Below, piece after piece: positions 38,201 through 51,900 of a DNA stretch of 64,000 nt. The stretch lies in the NCBI RefSeq assembly GCF_964355755.1, contig NC_092676.1, positions 24,508,871 through 24,572,870 on the forward strand. Direction: 5' to 3'. Position 1 is the stretch's first letter, and every line of letters begins with the position of its first letter. The stretch comes from Antedon mediterranea. Lineage: Eukaryota; Animalia; Echinodermata. The position numbers were made by a program, and so were the translations under genes. The notes under the pieces are model-generated. The model saw nothing but the letters and a program-made list of their open reading frames with translations. It ran no database searches and was not told where the DNA came from.

Positions 38201-39996
38201 ACATGAACCAGATGTGTACATTGGACCTACAATTTATTTATAGTCCATGTCCGAGAAGATTCGTTCTACCTCCAGAACCATGGAGCGAACCATGGAGCGA
38301 ACCCAAATACTTACTGCAAGTTCCTGAACCTCCTGTTCTTTAGTGGTCAGTCTCATTACCAACACTTTTTCTTTTCTTGAATTTTCTATCTGATGCTGCT
38401 TCCACTTCTCTTCTGCACTTGTGTCGCCTGGAAAAAATAAACACCATTTTTTTAATATCAGCAATAATATGAAATTGCACTTTTGCAAAAGTGGGACACA
38501 TCCACATGGGTGGTGCATCAAGTAATAAATTGTTAAAAAATAGTATTGCTGCCACATAATTAAACAAAATTAAACACTTAAATTAAAAATATAAAGAAAC
38601 AAAGCAAACAAAAATCAGGAGGAAAATATAAAATGATGAAAGAGTTATTGTTGTATTTTGTAAAATTTGTCATTTTAAAACTAAAAGTTCACTTATAAAC
38701 GTTCAACCACCAAGTATTTTTTATCTATCTACACCAATGTATTACATTTTCTAAATATAATACTTTACACTTTGTATGAACTATAAATTTGTTACTTTAA
38801 CGGAATCATCATATACTCTCTATACAAACCTGCACAATAAGTTTCTGACTGTTTTTTCTCAACTTCATTTGCATACATTTCTAACTCTAAACACTTTGCA
38901 ATTAACTCCTCCTTAGAAAGTAGTGACATATCTTCATTGCTAAGACGCACCTGTAAATAAAACATGTGTAATGTTAGGGACCATGTCAAAATTATTCAAT
39001 GGTATTTACTGCAGTAACTACACTTTCATAATAATGAAATGTGTGGGACACAAAATTTAAGGAAAATTAGGAAGCCCAGCTGCATAAATGTGACCAACCC
39101 ATGTGCGACTATACTCAAAGGAGGCTCTGCACAATATAGGAAGAGGATTAAAACCTGCAATTATTTAGCAAGATTTTTGTTGTGGATAAACATACACTGC
39201 AATGACTGCTTCCTATCATGTATCAAGATCTCTATTGAAACAATAGTCATATGATAATTGCGGTAAAACAATTTCTTGATTCTAAGAAGAGTGCTCAGGT
39301 TTCAGTGGTGAGCTGTACGATCATCAAGAGTATTATCAGGAAATGCTCAGAAATTGAATTACCTTTTTGTCTGCATTTTCAAGATTTCCTGGTACTAAAT
39401 ATTCTATTAATATTATTAATTATTCAGAACTAGAAAAGATTGATGAATATTGTAGTTTAATTAAACGTTATGTCTAAAGATACGGTACCGTATCCATACT
39501 TTTAAAAACTAAAGGTACGGTAATTATAGAGGGCGCTTTGTAATCTGGATGTTAATTAAATAGGTTATTGCATTGGTTTTCTGCAAGCCAGCTGTGTAGC
39601 CTAGTGGGCATGTGGTGAGGCTTTGGCTTAAGGGGTTGTAGGTTCGATACTCTTCTTGACGTCTTTTTTTAATTTTTTTTTTTTAGTTTTTAATTTAAGA
39701 GAGATTATTTAGAGGGTTAGGTTTTTAATATTTAGGAAGGAGTTTAATATTTAGGAACGAGTTTTATATTTAGGAACGAGTTTTATATTTAGGTACGAGT
39801 TTTAGGAATGCAATTTTACCGTACTTTTAGCAAACGGAAGCGCCCTCTATAATTACCGTATCTTTAGTTTTTTAAAGCATGGATACGGTACCGTATCTTT
39901 AGCAACGGCGTTAATTAAAAATCAAACAAAATGACATTATTGTAAATAGTAGCTACTAGAAATTACCCTTTTCGGTGCTGGACTTTCTTCCGACAT
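35272..39996 (-). CDS. WTAP: Pre-mRNA-splicing regulator WTAP / fl(2)d, m6A writer subunit (~553 aa, 6 coding exons)
   Basis: Exons 39996-39967, 38950-38830, 38427-38315, 37710-37541, 37054-36900, 36344-35272. Motifs PAPKRVRL, LVMRLTTKEQE, LLDPAINLLF, AWKFTPDSQTGKRLMSKCRAL..ENQELG and ELDEEVEGMQSTI. A non-coding first exon probably ends at the donor near 40542. Confidence 0.95.
36457..36631. mobile_element. Hairpin MITE-like repeat; second copy at ~59282-59483
   Basis: Both copies share GATGCTGAGCTC.GGAGATCAAAGGGTTTA.TCTGTGGCTGCGACA...TGTC.CAGCCAGACATA...TTGGCAAGG..AGCTCAGTGTCCTGT, with terminal and internal inverted repeats. Confidence 0.8.
39474..39902. mobile_element. Foldback element with ~65-bp TIRs, a tRNA-like core and ATATTTAGG repeats
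   Basis: CTAAAGATACGGTACCGTATCCAT...TACGGTAATTATAGAGGGCGCT (39474-39537) is inverted at 39839-39902. TTAATTAA lies just outside both ends. Confidence 0.85.
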
Positions 39997-42921
39997 TCTG
40001 AAAAAGTAAGCAAATTTAAAAACTAAAAAATTAATAATATTAATAACCAAAATGTCTTGATAGGTACAGAATTGTATTAACCTGAAACTAGAGTAGGCCA
40101 GTCTATGAATACATTGTCTAGGCCTCGCTCGCCTATCCAGTCAGCTACTAGGCCTCTTGCTATTCTCTATGTATGATGTGTGTTTAATTTGAAATTTTTG
40201 AAAATGTAAATTAGCCTAAATATTTTATTAATTATCAATCTAAATTTTCAATAAATAATATGATCGGGTCGAATCAATCTAGGCCTAGCCAACCTTGGTT
40301 ATTATATCATTTAAGCAGTGATTGAATAAAATAGCAGTGTAGGCCTAGGCTAGGCTACTAAGCCTACATTATTAATTGATCGGCCTTGGTTGGGGGCCAC
40401 TGGATTCATTCAGAGCAGTTGCTGTGCGGGCAAAACAAATCAAACATGGCGGTAATGAGAAGAGCCTAGCCTAGCTCTTTCAATTGCAGTTTTAACTTAA
40501 TAGTAACTAACTAAATAATAAATTGCATCTTTATAAACTTACGTATTAAGAAAATATACTACCAATTTCAAAAACTAGTCGCTTCAGCGACAAATTAGCT
40601 TTCGAATTTCCTCCTACTCATTATTTTTAGCGAGAAACATGGACGCCACCATGTGCATGTTTGAGTGAGAAAATATTTCCTCCACGGCAATAGGTGGCGC
40701 AGTATTCTTAATTTTAAAAAAGTAAAAACTTGCAGTATACATAAATCGCGTTATTACAGTTAGGAAACTAACAACAAATATGTATATGAAATGTGATGGG
40801 TCACATAAGCCGAACGTTTTTAACGACCAAGCATCATCACTTGACAAGTAATCAAGCAAATAAAATAAGAATTTTGTTAATTATTGGAAAGGTAATTTTT
40901 CACATTATTTCCGTAGCTTTTTGTTAGCCGTCCATATTTTTTTGCAGACCATAATTTTTTTTTTTATTTAGAAAATTACTCACTTTCGATGATAAACAAA
41001 TAATTTTCTTTTTCAATCTTGTGGACAACAGTGCAAAAGTTGATAAGCGTGGCAATTTCAATTTCATTAAAACAAAAACATAACAAATAGAATGTTAGAA
41101 AACAATTAGTGTAAATTTTATTTACATTTCATACATTTGTTACAAGTCTAAATCTTACGAAATCAACTTTTTTTAGATTTACATTTCATAAACTGACCTT
41201 GTAAAGAAAGTAAGTATATAATATTAATTTGAATATTCAATGTTAGGTTTGTTATAGAGGCTATGAGCGTCTCCTGATATAAATCTTGGAATAAAAATGA
41301 GAACATTTCTAGGAAATGCACCAATATGATTTACTATAGTGTCAATTGTTGTCTCAAAAATAATATCATCACGACACACACCTCTACCTTTCACCAGTTT
41401 AAAATTTCTCCAAGTTGTTTTAAAGTTTAATTTAATCTCAAACAGTTCATATAAAAAAATTAAAGACAACAGTTAATAAAAAAAAAACCCTATACCATTT
41501 AAAACACTTAATGTAATCAATATAGTATATCTTTGATATAAATAGTTTGATGTTTAATTCAAATTTCCCTTTAAACTAAAATCTTAAAAAATGTTTAATC
41601 AGAATACAGAACTATATTATATATACTCTCTGCTAAAAAAAAACGCCAAACTAATATTTAAGAATGGAGAAATTATTTAAATAAATAATTCCTCTATGAT
41701 TTAAAGCAACTATAGTATGTAATATGCTATACAATGTGTTCTTATGCTTTATAAAGCTGTTGTGAAAACTTAAAAGAAATATTTAATGGTAAATTGCATA
41801 ACAAATTTGGTTTAAATTTAAGGCAAAATAAGCTTTAAACTAGAGCCTTTATAGATAGATACAACTCCATAAAAATCTCCACCTAATTTTAGTGGAAATA
41901 CACAGGCCAAGTGAAATGTGTACTATAGACATAGTATTACAGTATGTTATGTTATTACAGATAGCATTGGGTTAAATGACTGCACCAAAGCAATTTAAAG
42001 CTCTCTCTACAAAATAGTTTGACAAAAAAGTGCCCAAACATGGTAGCGATATGCTTAAATATGGTAGTGATAAGACATCATCATGTCCATATATGGGCAC
42101 ATCACATTTGTTTGTCACATAAAGTTTGATAGTGTGGACAGAGCTTAATAGTGGTTATTTGCACATTAACATAAGAGAGGTTTCAATTTGCGACAAACGT
42201 GGACAGACAACCAACCTAGGTCAGGTCAATCGATCGTGTTGGTCGTTTTCTGGACCTAGAAACCATCACAACTATGTTGAAAAATAGAGTAAGGAAGCAA
42301 TTCTCGACTTCCTTGCATGCGCACAATATATGATTGAACCATGATTTTCCATCCAGATGGTAAATTATGTTGGGACAATGCTGTCTGCTGTCTTGAGTTT
42401 TTGGTTCTATGCACTGCAAACACAGCACAAGATATAGTGGCCATATTAACCAATTCACAATATACAATTCTTAAATATCTATTGAAATACTATTATTTTA
42501 AAGATATTTTGTCCCCCCAAAACAATGAAGATTAATGAAATCAAAACTTTGAATAGGCAATTTTGTAGTTTTTATAAAGTTAATAATTTCTGTAAAAAAA
42601 CCCCAATATTTTCACTTATAAAAAATAAGAGGTTAAATTCAACCAAAAACCCATTGGCTGGCAGTCATTTTGACAATTCTTTGCTTTAAATTACAGTTTT
42701 TTCAGGTGAATAATTTTTTTTGGTCAAAGTGAATAACTAGTATGTGACATTACAATGGCATATTTCAACCAAAAAATGTTTCAGGGGACAATATATCTTT
42801 AAGGGAAATATCTAACTTATGTGTGATTAGTGAATATGGCTACTGGGACTAACTAGCTTCATTTGTTTTATATATTGCAAAGTTGTATATACGTGGCTAC
42901 ACATAGTATGTGTACATAGAT

Positions 42922-45900
42922 CTAAGCAAGGTATATGAATGTATTAATGTTATTATCATCTCTCTTCATATATTTATGTTCTATGAGCCACTCAATCTGC
43001 TCTTTGATCATTTTCTTTTGAGGTAAGAACATGTTCTTTAGTATCTCCACTAACTCTGTCTGTAGTTGTGCATTACTAATCGTCTTTCGCATCTTCATTA
43101 TTTTTACTATTGCTTCCTGTGACAAAAAGAAATGATCATATCAATATCAATTTTATTTCTATAAAAATTACAAAAAAAAAACAATTTTAAGGCCAATTTA
43201 CACAGATGAACCGTAACTGTAAAAGAAATATATACAGTAATCTCCGTTACCGTATTCCTATGACCATTTACACACAACGCAGGCGGGCGGTTTCCCGCTC
43301 AAGATAGATACAGATTCTATGTGGGAAAAGCTATGCAGTTTTATCTTACCATTACCGCTCATCTAGGTAAATTGGCCTTTATTAAAGTGGAGAAAAAAAG
43401 TGTGTTGGTTCTCAATTAAACATTAATTGTTTAAAATTAATTTATTCGGTTAAAAGTTGAAGGAGTACATAAATTGCCAGGAGAAAGTAATAGGCATGAT
43501 CCTAAACAGACTACCTGGGTGTTATGTTGTTAGGCTTGATGGAAGGCCTTAACATATGCTTTAGGCTGGGTGAAAGGCTTTGATAAGGGTGTACCTGGTT
43601 TGAAGCAATTGGTAAGTTCTCTATAGTATGAAAGTTTACAAAAGTTTACCTGTGTTCGCAGGATTCTGAGTTGCACTATACTCTCCTTTTCTTCCTCGCC
43701 ACTTCGTTCTGACGACAACTGAAGTCGACCAATCAGATTGATCTTCCCTCGTTTTTGCACTTTACCATTCTTTCTATTTAAAAAAATAAAATTACCAATT
43801 TTAGATAATTGTAAAATAATAATAAAAGTATAATAATATAATAAAAGTAGAGAAAACTTACACAGTTGAAAGAGTTTAAGCCATCAGTACATGTATAATT
43901 AACCAGTTCAACATTATTTTTGGTTACAAACAACACAATTTATATTGTTTAAAGGTTTGCATGGCGAAATCTTTATGTTGATATAACTTTGCGGTACACC
44001 ATTGTATATTTAGTTCTGAAAAGATCTGTTGAGTTTCTTGACATTTCAAACAATATACTTTGATCATCTTCAGGAGTGGACTTCCTACATTCTCACTACT
44101 GAGGACAATCAAAGTATATTGATCAAAACGTTGTGAAATACAACAGTTATTTTCAGAACTAAATATATGTGGTGTACCGCAAACTTTGTAACAACAACAA
44201 AATGTTTCTACTCACATAACTGCAAATTCCTGATTGACCCAAAACAGGGTGCTTTCAGAGAAGTCCTTAGGTGACTTGGCTTCAGGTTGACATTGTACTA
44301 CTTGCCGTCTAAGCTTTGCAAATGCAATTAATGACTGAAAGAAACGCAATAAAAACAGTGTTTTTTAATGAAACTATTTCACTAATTCATTCATATTACA
44401 GGTATTTAAAGAGTCTGTGGCCGACAATGTAACTGTAATATGTCGCTACATGGTTCTGGAGGTAAAGTCTTCTTGGCCGAAGGTCCAGTGTACAAAAAAA
44501 AGATTGTGAATTTTATAAAACCTACTGCATCTTACACATGGTTCTTCTGATTCTTCATTTTTTGTGTGGTTATCTTAGGATATTTCATGGATCATTTTTG
44601 TGTATAGGCGATATTAAGACTACCATTATTATTATTTTGAGATGAGTAGGGGTTACTCCAGTTTATGTGGATTTGATAAGAAGAAGAAATTCATACACTA
44701 TCACACAGCCTGGATGTATTTGGCCTAGACACGTTACACATTGTGTAGCAACCCTAAGACCACACCTACACAATAACATGTATTTGAACGCATTACATTT
44801 TTAATTACTAAATGCAGAAAGTAATAGACAAAAACACGTTATAAAACAATAATACAAGATAATGCCTACCCATAGCGTCTTTCTGAGCTCACTCTCTGGT
44901 AGTTCAGTGGCCAGTTTCAAATTCTCAAATGATATTCTTTCCAATGGACGTTGATTCCAGGCAAATAATACAGCCATTTGAAAAGTGGTTACCTCTAAAT
45001 CAAAGATTCCTACTTGATTCCGAAATGTAATCTAAAAAAAAAATAGAACATAGAAATTTAAAGAACCTAGTACATCTTTCGACATAAGTAGGGGTTTGTC
45101 CAGGTGTACTAGCTCACACAGCCACTGTGGAGGACAGATGAAACAGTGCCGTAGTTGGCAACACCAACATAACCTTTAGGGGAGAGGCATATAATTAAAG
45201 AGTGTATTACCAAAGTCAACAGCACATTGAGATGACACTGATCATGGAATGCGCTACATAAATACATTACCATTGTTTAGAATAGTAAAAACATTTTCTT
45301 CTGGTTTTGATTAGTATTGAGATATAGTTCATTAATTGTATATCAGTATAAATTTAGCTGTCTGTCAAAAGCTGTCAGCTACTGTAGACTTTGTCAGTCG
45401 GCATCGTAACAACACACAAGTCTAGTACAGCTTGACAAAACTGTCTTAACATGCAATAATACTGTTACAATTAATGAACTATATCTCAATTGTTTAGAAT
45501 GTTCATCATGCCAGGAGATGGGAACAGCCAGAATGAAACAATTAAACCTGGACTTACAGATCCATTTGACATTAGGTGGTGCCATTGCAGTTTCCTTCCA
45601 TTGTGTGTATTGCGGTAGAATTCCTCCACTTCTGGAATAAAGTCTTCTAGTTCGATTGGAAGCGATACCGGCACACGTTCGCTACTTCTCATCCACGCCC
45701 CTGCGTTTAGAATCTTGATATTGATGTTATCTAAACCGAAATGACATAAATATAATAATTAATATCAAATATAATATTGTCTATAATATTGACATAAGAA
45801 ATACCAAATTTGAAAATTAATTAATTGTGATGAGAAAGTCTGTGAGAATGAGAAAAATCAACTCCAACTGAGTAGTATTTAGTAAGACTTTGTTTGTGAA

Positions 45901-48900
45901 GAGTATCTCATGTGTAATAATAATGACGTTTGTCCTATGAACAGGCTATATGTACAGAGTACACATAACCAACAGCTTTACATCCCATCTGAAAACTAAC
46001 CAGACTTAATTGTGATGAGAATGTCTGTGAAAATTAGAAAAAGCAGCTCAAACTGAGTAGTATTTAGTAAGACTTATTTTGCGCAGAGAAACTATGTACT
46101 GTATATTGTTTGTCCTATGAACAGGCTATATGTACAGAGTACACATGACCAACAGCTTTACATCTCATCCAAAAAACTAACCAGACACATTTCCTGTATT
46201 GTTCCTATGCATCTCCTTGAACGACTGGTTCATGTCCTCGCTCACTTTAATATCTTGAAACATTCTGGCCAGCTTGTTTACATAGTCGGCTGGCATGCCA
46301 ACCTCCCGTAACCACTCAACCATGTTCTCTTCTTTCTCACTATCAGCTGACGTGTCTAGGATAAGCCTCCTCGTGAGATGCGCCTTGTGATACCGCATAA
46401 ACACATCTTTGTTCTGTACGTATTTTAGCACCAGTAGCTGAAGAAACAAAAAAACACAAAAAAAAAAACAAACTAGTAAGCCACTCTGGAAAAAACCCTG
46501 ATTTTATATTCAGAAAATAAAAGAAAAGAAAAGGTAAACGTTCTATTAGTGTATTAAAAAAATAACTGCACAGCAAGTAGAATTTTACTAACATACTACA
46601 GTAGAACGTCTTCTGTGGAGTCTTCTGGAGTGGAGTTGTGGCCTGGTGGTTATGATGCTTGGCTGCCAATCCAAGGGTCCTGGATTCAAGTCCTGTCATA
46701 TGTCAGGATTTTTTCTAATGACAATTTACAACTCCACTCCCAAAGACTTGTAATACGACTTTGTTAATGTAGAGCATCGTGTGTACATGTATATGTTTGT
46801 CTCGTGAACGGATTTCCACCTCTAAGAAGGATAGTGAATGAATTTGCTTATGGTTATCCTTGGCAATTTTTAGGGACGCCCCTAATAAAGAACTTTTAGT
46901 ATTAACACAACCGACTGTTACGGAAAATAGAAACACATAAAAGGTAAACGCATTATTAAAAGTTTTCTAGTTGTGACATCTATACTAGTGATAGGGCCTA
47001 CCAGGAAACAATTCTAAATTGAAACATTCTTAATGATTTAGAGGAGATTGTGAATAATCTGAAAGTTTAATAGGATTTCTACTTTAATATTGTCCTGTAC
47101 TTCATTGCAAAGTAACAAGTATATTGGATTAGTCACATTATACACAGTAATACAAAAGCATTTCATTTCAAAAGTAATGTCTACATAAAAGTCACTGTAA
47201 TGCCAAGTCTAAGTTATTGGATTTGTTATGGTAATTTCATTTTATTTAATAATAATGATGAACATTTATGACATTGATGATACTAATTACCATACATAAT
47301 TTTTAAAAAAACACTCTTCACACTAACAAAGGCAGAACTTTAATAGTAAATTCACCTTTTAATCAATATATTAAATCATTTCTGCTCGTGACACGATAGG
47401 TAATTAATATTAATCTTTTCAGATTAGTTTAATCAATCATGCATAAACTTTTTAAATGGGCAAGCTAACAATATCGGCATGCATTAAAGGCCGACTCGCT
47501 CATAGTCTGATTTTCTTGGATAAGGACTATAAGTCGTAGGTCCAGTGTACACAGTTAATACAACAAATTTGCAAAAAATTAATTCTAATATAATTAACTT
47601 ACAACATTCTTTAGTTTGGATTCAATTTCATCGGAGGTCAGTTTTTTGCTAACTTGGGTCTTCCTTAAAAGCATATCACAGTAGTTTGCAAGTAGTTCTG
47701 GACACTTGGACTCAGGTTGTGTTTTACTGCTTACACTTAATAAAAAAAGAAGAAACAAACACTATTATTATCTTCTTTGATTGCTCTCTATAAAATGATA
47801 AAACAAAAAATATTTCCAGAACAAGGTTTAGTAACATAACAATCGAAACATTGAGACAGTCTAAAGCTCTGTCTACAATATCAAACTAGTTTGACATGTG
47901 TGATGTGCCCAAATATGGTGGTGATATGCCCAAATATGGTAGTGATATGACATCATCATGTCCATATATGGGCACATCACATTCTTTGTTTTTATAGTGT
48001 AGACAGAGCTTAAGACCTGATTTTGGCAAAACTCTGGACAGATAAATTCATAATAAGTTGTGTTAACGTAATACTGGATTAAGAAAAACAATTTTGAAGC
48101 CCCAAACTTACGTCTTAGTCTTCGTTGGTAATTCTAATCGAAAAACTCTGGTGTCATTTACAACCTGTTTGTAAGCCTGTGAACAATTAAACACAATAAT
48201 TATCAAAGAATTAACATTCATAACTACTTTTAAGCTCTGTCTACACTATCAAACTAGTTTAACACAAAATGTGTGATGCGCCCAAATGTGGTAGTGATAT
48301 GTCCAAATTTAGTAGTGATATATCATCATGTCCATATATGGGCACGTCACATTTTTTGATAACATAAAATTTGATAGTGTAGACAGAGCTTTTACATCTA
48401 TGAGTATTTGCATATGTGTTTGGATTTCTAAAGATTTCCAAAAATAAAAATTGCAAAAAGCTATTTATTTTGCAACACTAGAAAAAAACAAATAACTTGG
48501 AGTGACAAAATTTGACTTACTTTATCCCTAGCTGTAAGGAATCGTGGATCATCATTAAATGCTTCTTTCACCAGCGCACTAAACCGATTAAATAGCACTA
48601 ATAATTGCTCCACATACTTCTCAGAATCCTAAATGAATACAAATAATTATTGGAATTTATTATCTTATTTTGCTTTTGATGTTGTTTGTACGATTTTGGA
48701 AGTGTAAAGCCCTATGTATATAGCGCTTAATAAAAGAAAAAAAAATTGGAATGAAATATATATTTTTTATATTTTATTTCAACCATCTTTAAAGAGGGTA
48801 ACCCTTCCAGTTTAGCCCAGTGGTTAACTGATATTCAGAGTCCTCTTTAATAAAATTAAACTACATTCCAATAACTAACAATAACAAGCAATCATCAGAA

Positions 48901-51900
48901 ACATTAAAGCCCCATTCCCTACGTTTTTTAGATCTAATTTAAGATCACAAACTATATTTAATGTAAAAATAATACTATATGGTCCTATTGCGATAACTTT
49001 TTTCGTCTTTAAACGGTTAAAAATGTGAAAAATAAATCGATTTTAATAATTATAGCGGCCCGCTATAAATCCCAAAATGCATTGCGCGCGGATTGATATT
49101 TTTGTTTTTCACCTGTAAATTGCCCACTTTTCGATCGATCGTGAAGCCAAAACAAATGGAAGACTCCTAACTTTTCAGCGAAAATACCGGGTTTTCCCCA
49201 ATTTGTATCAACGGAGTCTGGCAAAAATAGAAAGACAATTAATGCAGCAACTATACAACGTCAGGCTAGGTATATAGCTAGCGTACGATGTTCGTACGTT
49301 ACCGATGTTTACCAGCTAGGCCTACAAAACTAAGCCTAGCTAGGCTAGGCCTGAGACCGTCCACGAGAGGTCGATCGCCGCGAGCTACTTAGGTAGTGCA
49401 TTGTTTCTCACTTTTTATCATAATTTACCATAAAACGTACATTTAAGACAAGGAATGACATGGTTTAATGTTTTTAAAGTGATATATATGTATTATTTTC
49501 CAAAAAACGTCCAAAATTGCAGGGAAGGGGTCTTTAAATTAAGAATATCAGAATCAATAAATAATATACTACTACTAAGGTCAAATAATGTAAAAATATA
49601 TCAAAAGACTAAGAGTTTAAAATATATCATTTCAAGTTTTTTAAGTTTAAATATATTTTCAAATTTACATTCCCGGAGCTCAGTTGGTAAATTAATATAA
49701 AAATAAGGACAAATATAACTAAAAGCACGTTTTAAAACATTTCAACTTGACTTTGGGACAAATTCAATCAACTCTATGTGCTTGCTGATATGTGAATGCC
49801 AGTCAAGCTTATTGTCAATATAAACACCAAGGTGTTTTGCAAGGTAACGTTTTTAATTTGCTTACCCTAAAAAATACGTCAATTTCTTTGAAAAATATAT
49901 ATAAGCTATAACATCATTACAGTATACAGTAAAGTGTATTCTTAATAGGAAAACATACTGCCCTTTTTCCTCTTTAATGGAAAGTGTCCCCTTAAAAACA
50001 TTGCCCTAAATGACGGGTTATACTGTATAAAAAGGCTATCGTATGTAAATGACAGACTATTAACAATAATATAACAACCACAATCTGTAATGTAACCAGA
50101 TGCAAGCGGATATCACCATGTGTAATTGCACATATGTTTCAGTGATTATATTATTATTAAGAGTACAGAATGCATTTTGTACATACCGTAGTGATGACAT
50201 CAGCGGCGGCTACCATATCAGCCAAGCCCGAGTGGATAATGTGCTGCTCTAGGTCTTGTAGCATTGGATTTATACCATTGCTTACTCTATCCATTAACCG
50301 AAACATAAGGTTTAATTCTATATAAAGATTAAACATATTAAAAAAAAACAATTAACTGATGATTATAGAATGAAATAGGCTGAAGAATGTTTTCTATAAA
50401 GCTGTCTACCAAACTTTTATATGACTTGTGTGATGTGTCCATATTTGGGCACATCACACCTTTTTTTGTCAAACAAGTTTGATAGTGTAGACAAAGCTTA
50501 AGAATGTTTTAATAATTTTTATGTATAGTTGTGTAAATCTATGTTGATGATAAAATATTTACAGTACTTACTGACTGTTTCATTTGTTTTAATCATAGGT
50601 GCACACTCTCTTAGAATTTCCTCGCGGAATGATGTCACCAACACAAGTACACAACATTCTATAAGCTGCAAGTGAACGAAAAGCACTAAATGATCAAAAA
50701 AGTTCTAAAATAGGTACAGTTGACTGTGCATATAAATGTTAAAGATGTCTATATATCTTGATTGAGGCGGTGGCTTCTCATTCTCACAGATTTCCTCATC
50801 TTATCGTTTCAAATTAATTAATTCAGTTTCAGTATATCACCGGGTGGTTTAGAATTAAGGTTCTATCCCTAATGTGTTTATAGATATAGGTATATATCAA
50901 ATAGAACAGACAATCATGGGACTTTTTGCAAAAAAGTGTATGTAGGGCTCCAAATATAGTCTTGGAAGTACTGTAAGGACAGTTAACTGGACAAGGCACT
51001 TAAAATCAATAATTGATTATAAATAAAATGATAATCTAAAAAAAACACTTACATTTTGTACAGATGAACTCCCCTTACATGTTTCTAGGTAACGCAATGC
51101 TCTATTTTCTTCTTCCTTTAATTTACAATCAGCCTAAAGAAAAACCAAAATAGTTATGTGTCTCATTTAACCACAACTCACAACTGTTATACGTACTGTA
51201 TCCATGAATTCTATGTGCTAGGCCATGATATATACCTATCTAAAGTATCAACTTACATATTTCATATAGTTTTGAACACCATTGTCCGCAAGGTAAGCGT
51301 GAGCATGACTTTTGTAAAATGCCTCCGTTGCTTCAATATACGCACGCTCAAAATTATCTCTATATATTTGCAAACGATCATCCGAATTTGAACATAAATT
51401 AACTATAGAAAAAAATTGAAAAAAGTTAATAAGATAATTGTTTTGCAATGTAAATATGTTACAAAATGTCAATAAATGTGAATTAAAACCTTTCAATATC
51501 ATTCAAATGACAGGAATATATTTAGATATTATATAAAACAAATAATGATGTTTTATATTCGTGTAATAGCGTTTGGTGAATGATAAAAAGTTATATTTCA
51601 ACTCATCATTTACCTCATGCCATTATTTGTACCATTACACTCATAAACATTCGTTATTTGTATAATATAGCATAGAACATTTGATATTAAGCTGTTTACC
51701 ATATGATTCTCTAACTCCTATGACAAGTTGCTTGTCAAAAGCTTCACCATTTCGTTCAGCAACCACAAGCTTCATGGCGCTACTCTGTAACCTCTGCTTG
51801 ATTATGGAAAATATATGGCAATTCCAGCTATCTAACATTAGCTGAAAACAACAAGAATTTGTAAATGTCATATGGCCAGGTTCATTTCTACTTCAGACCT

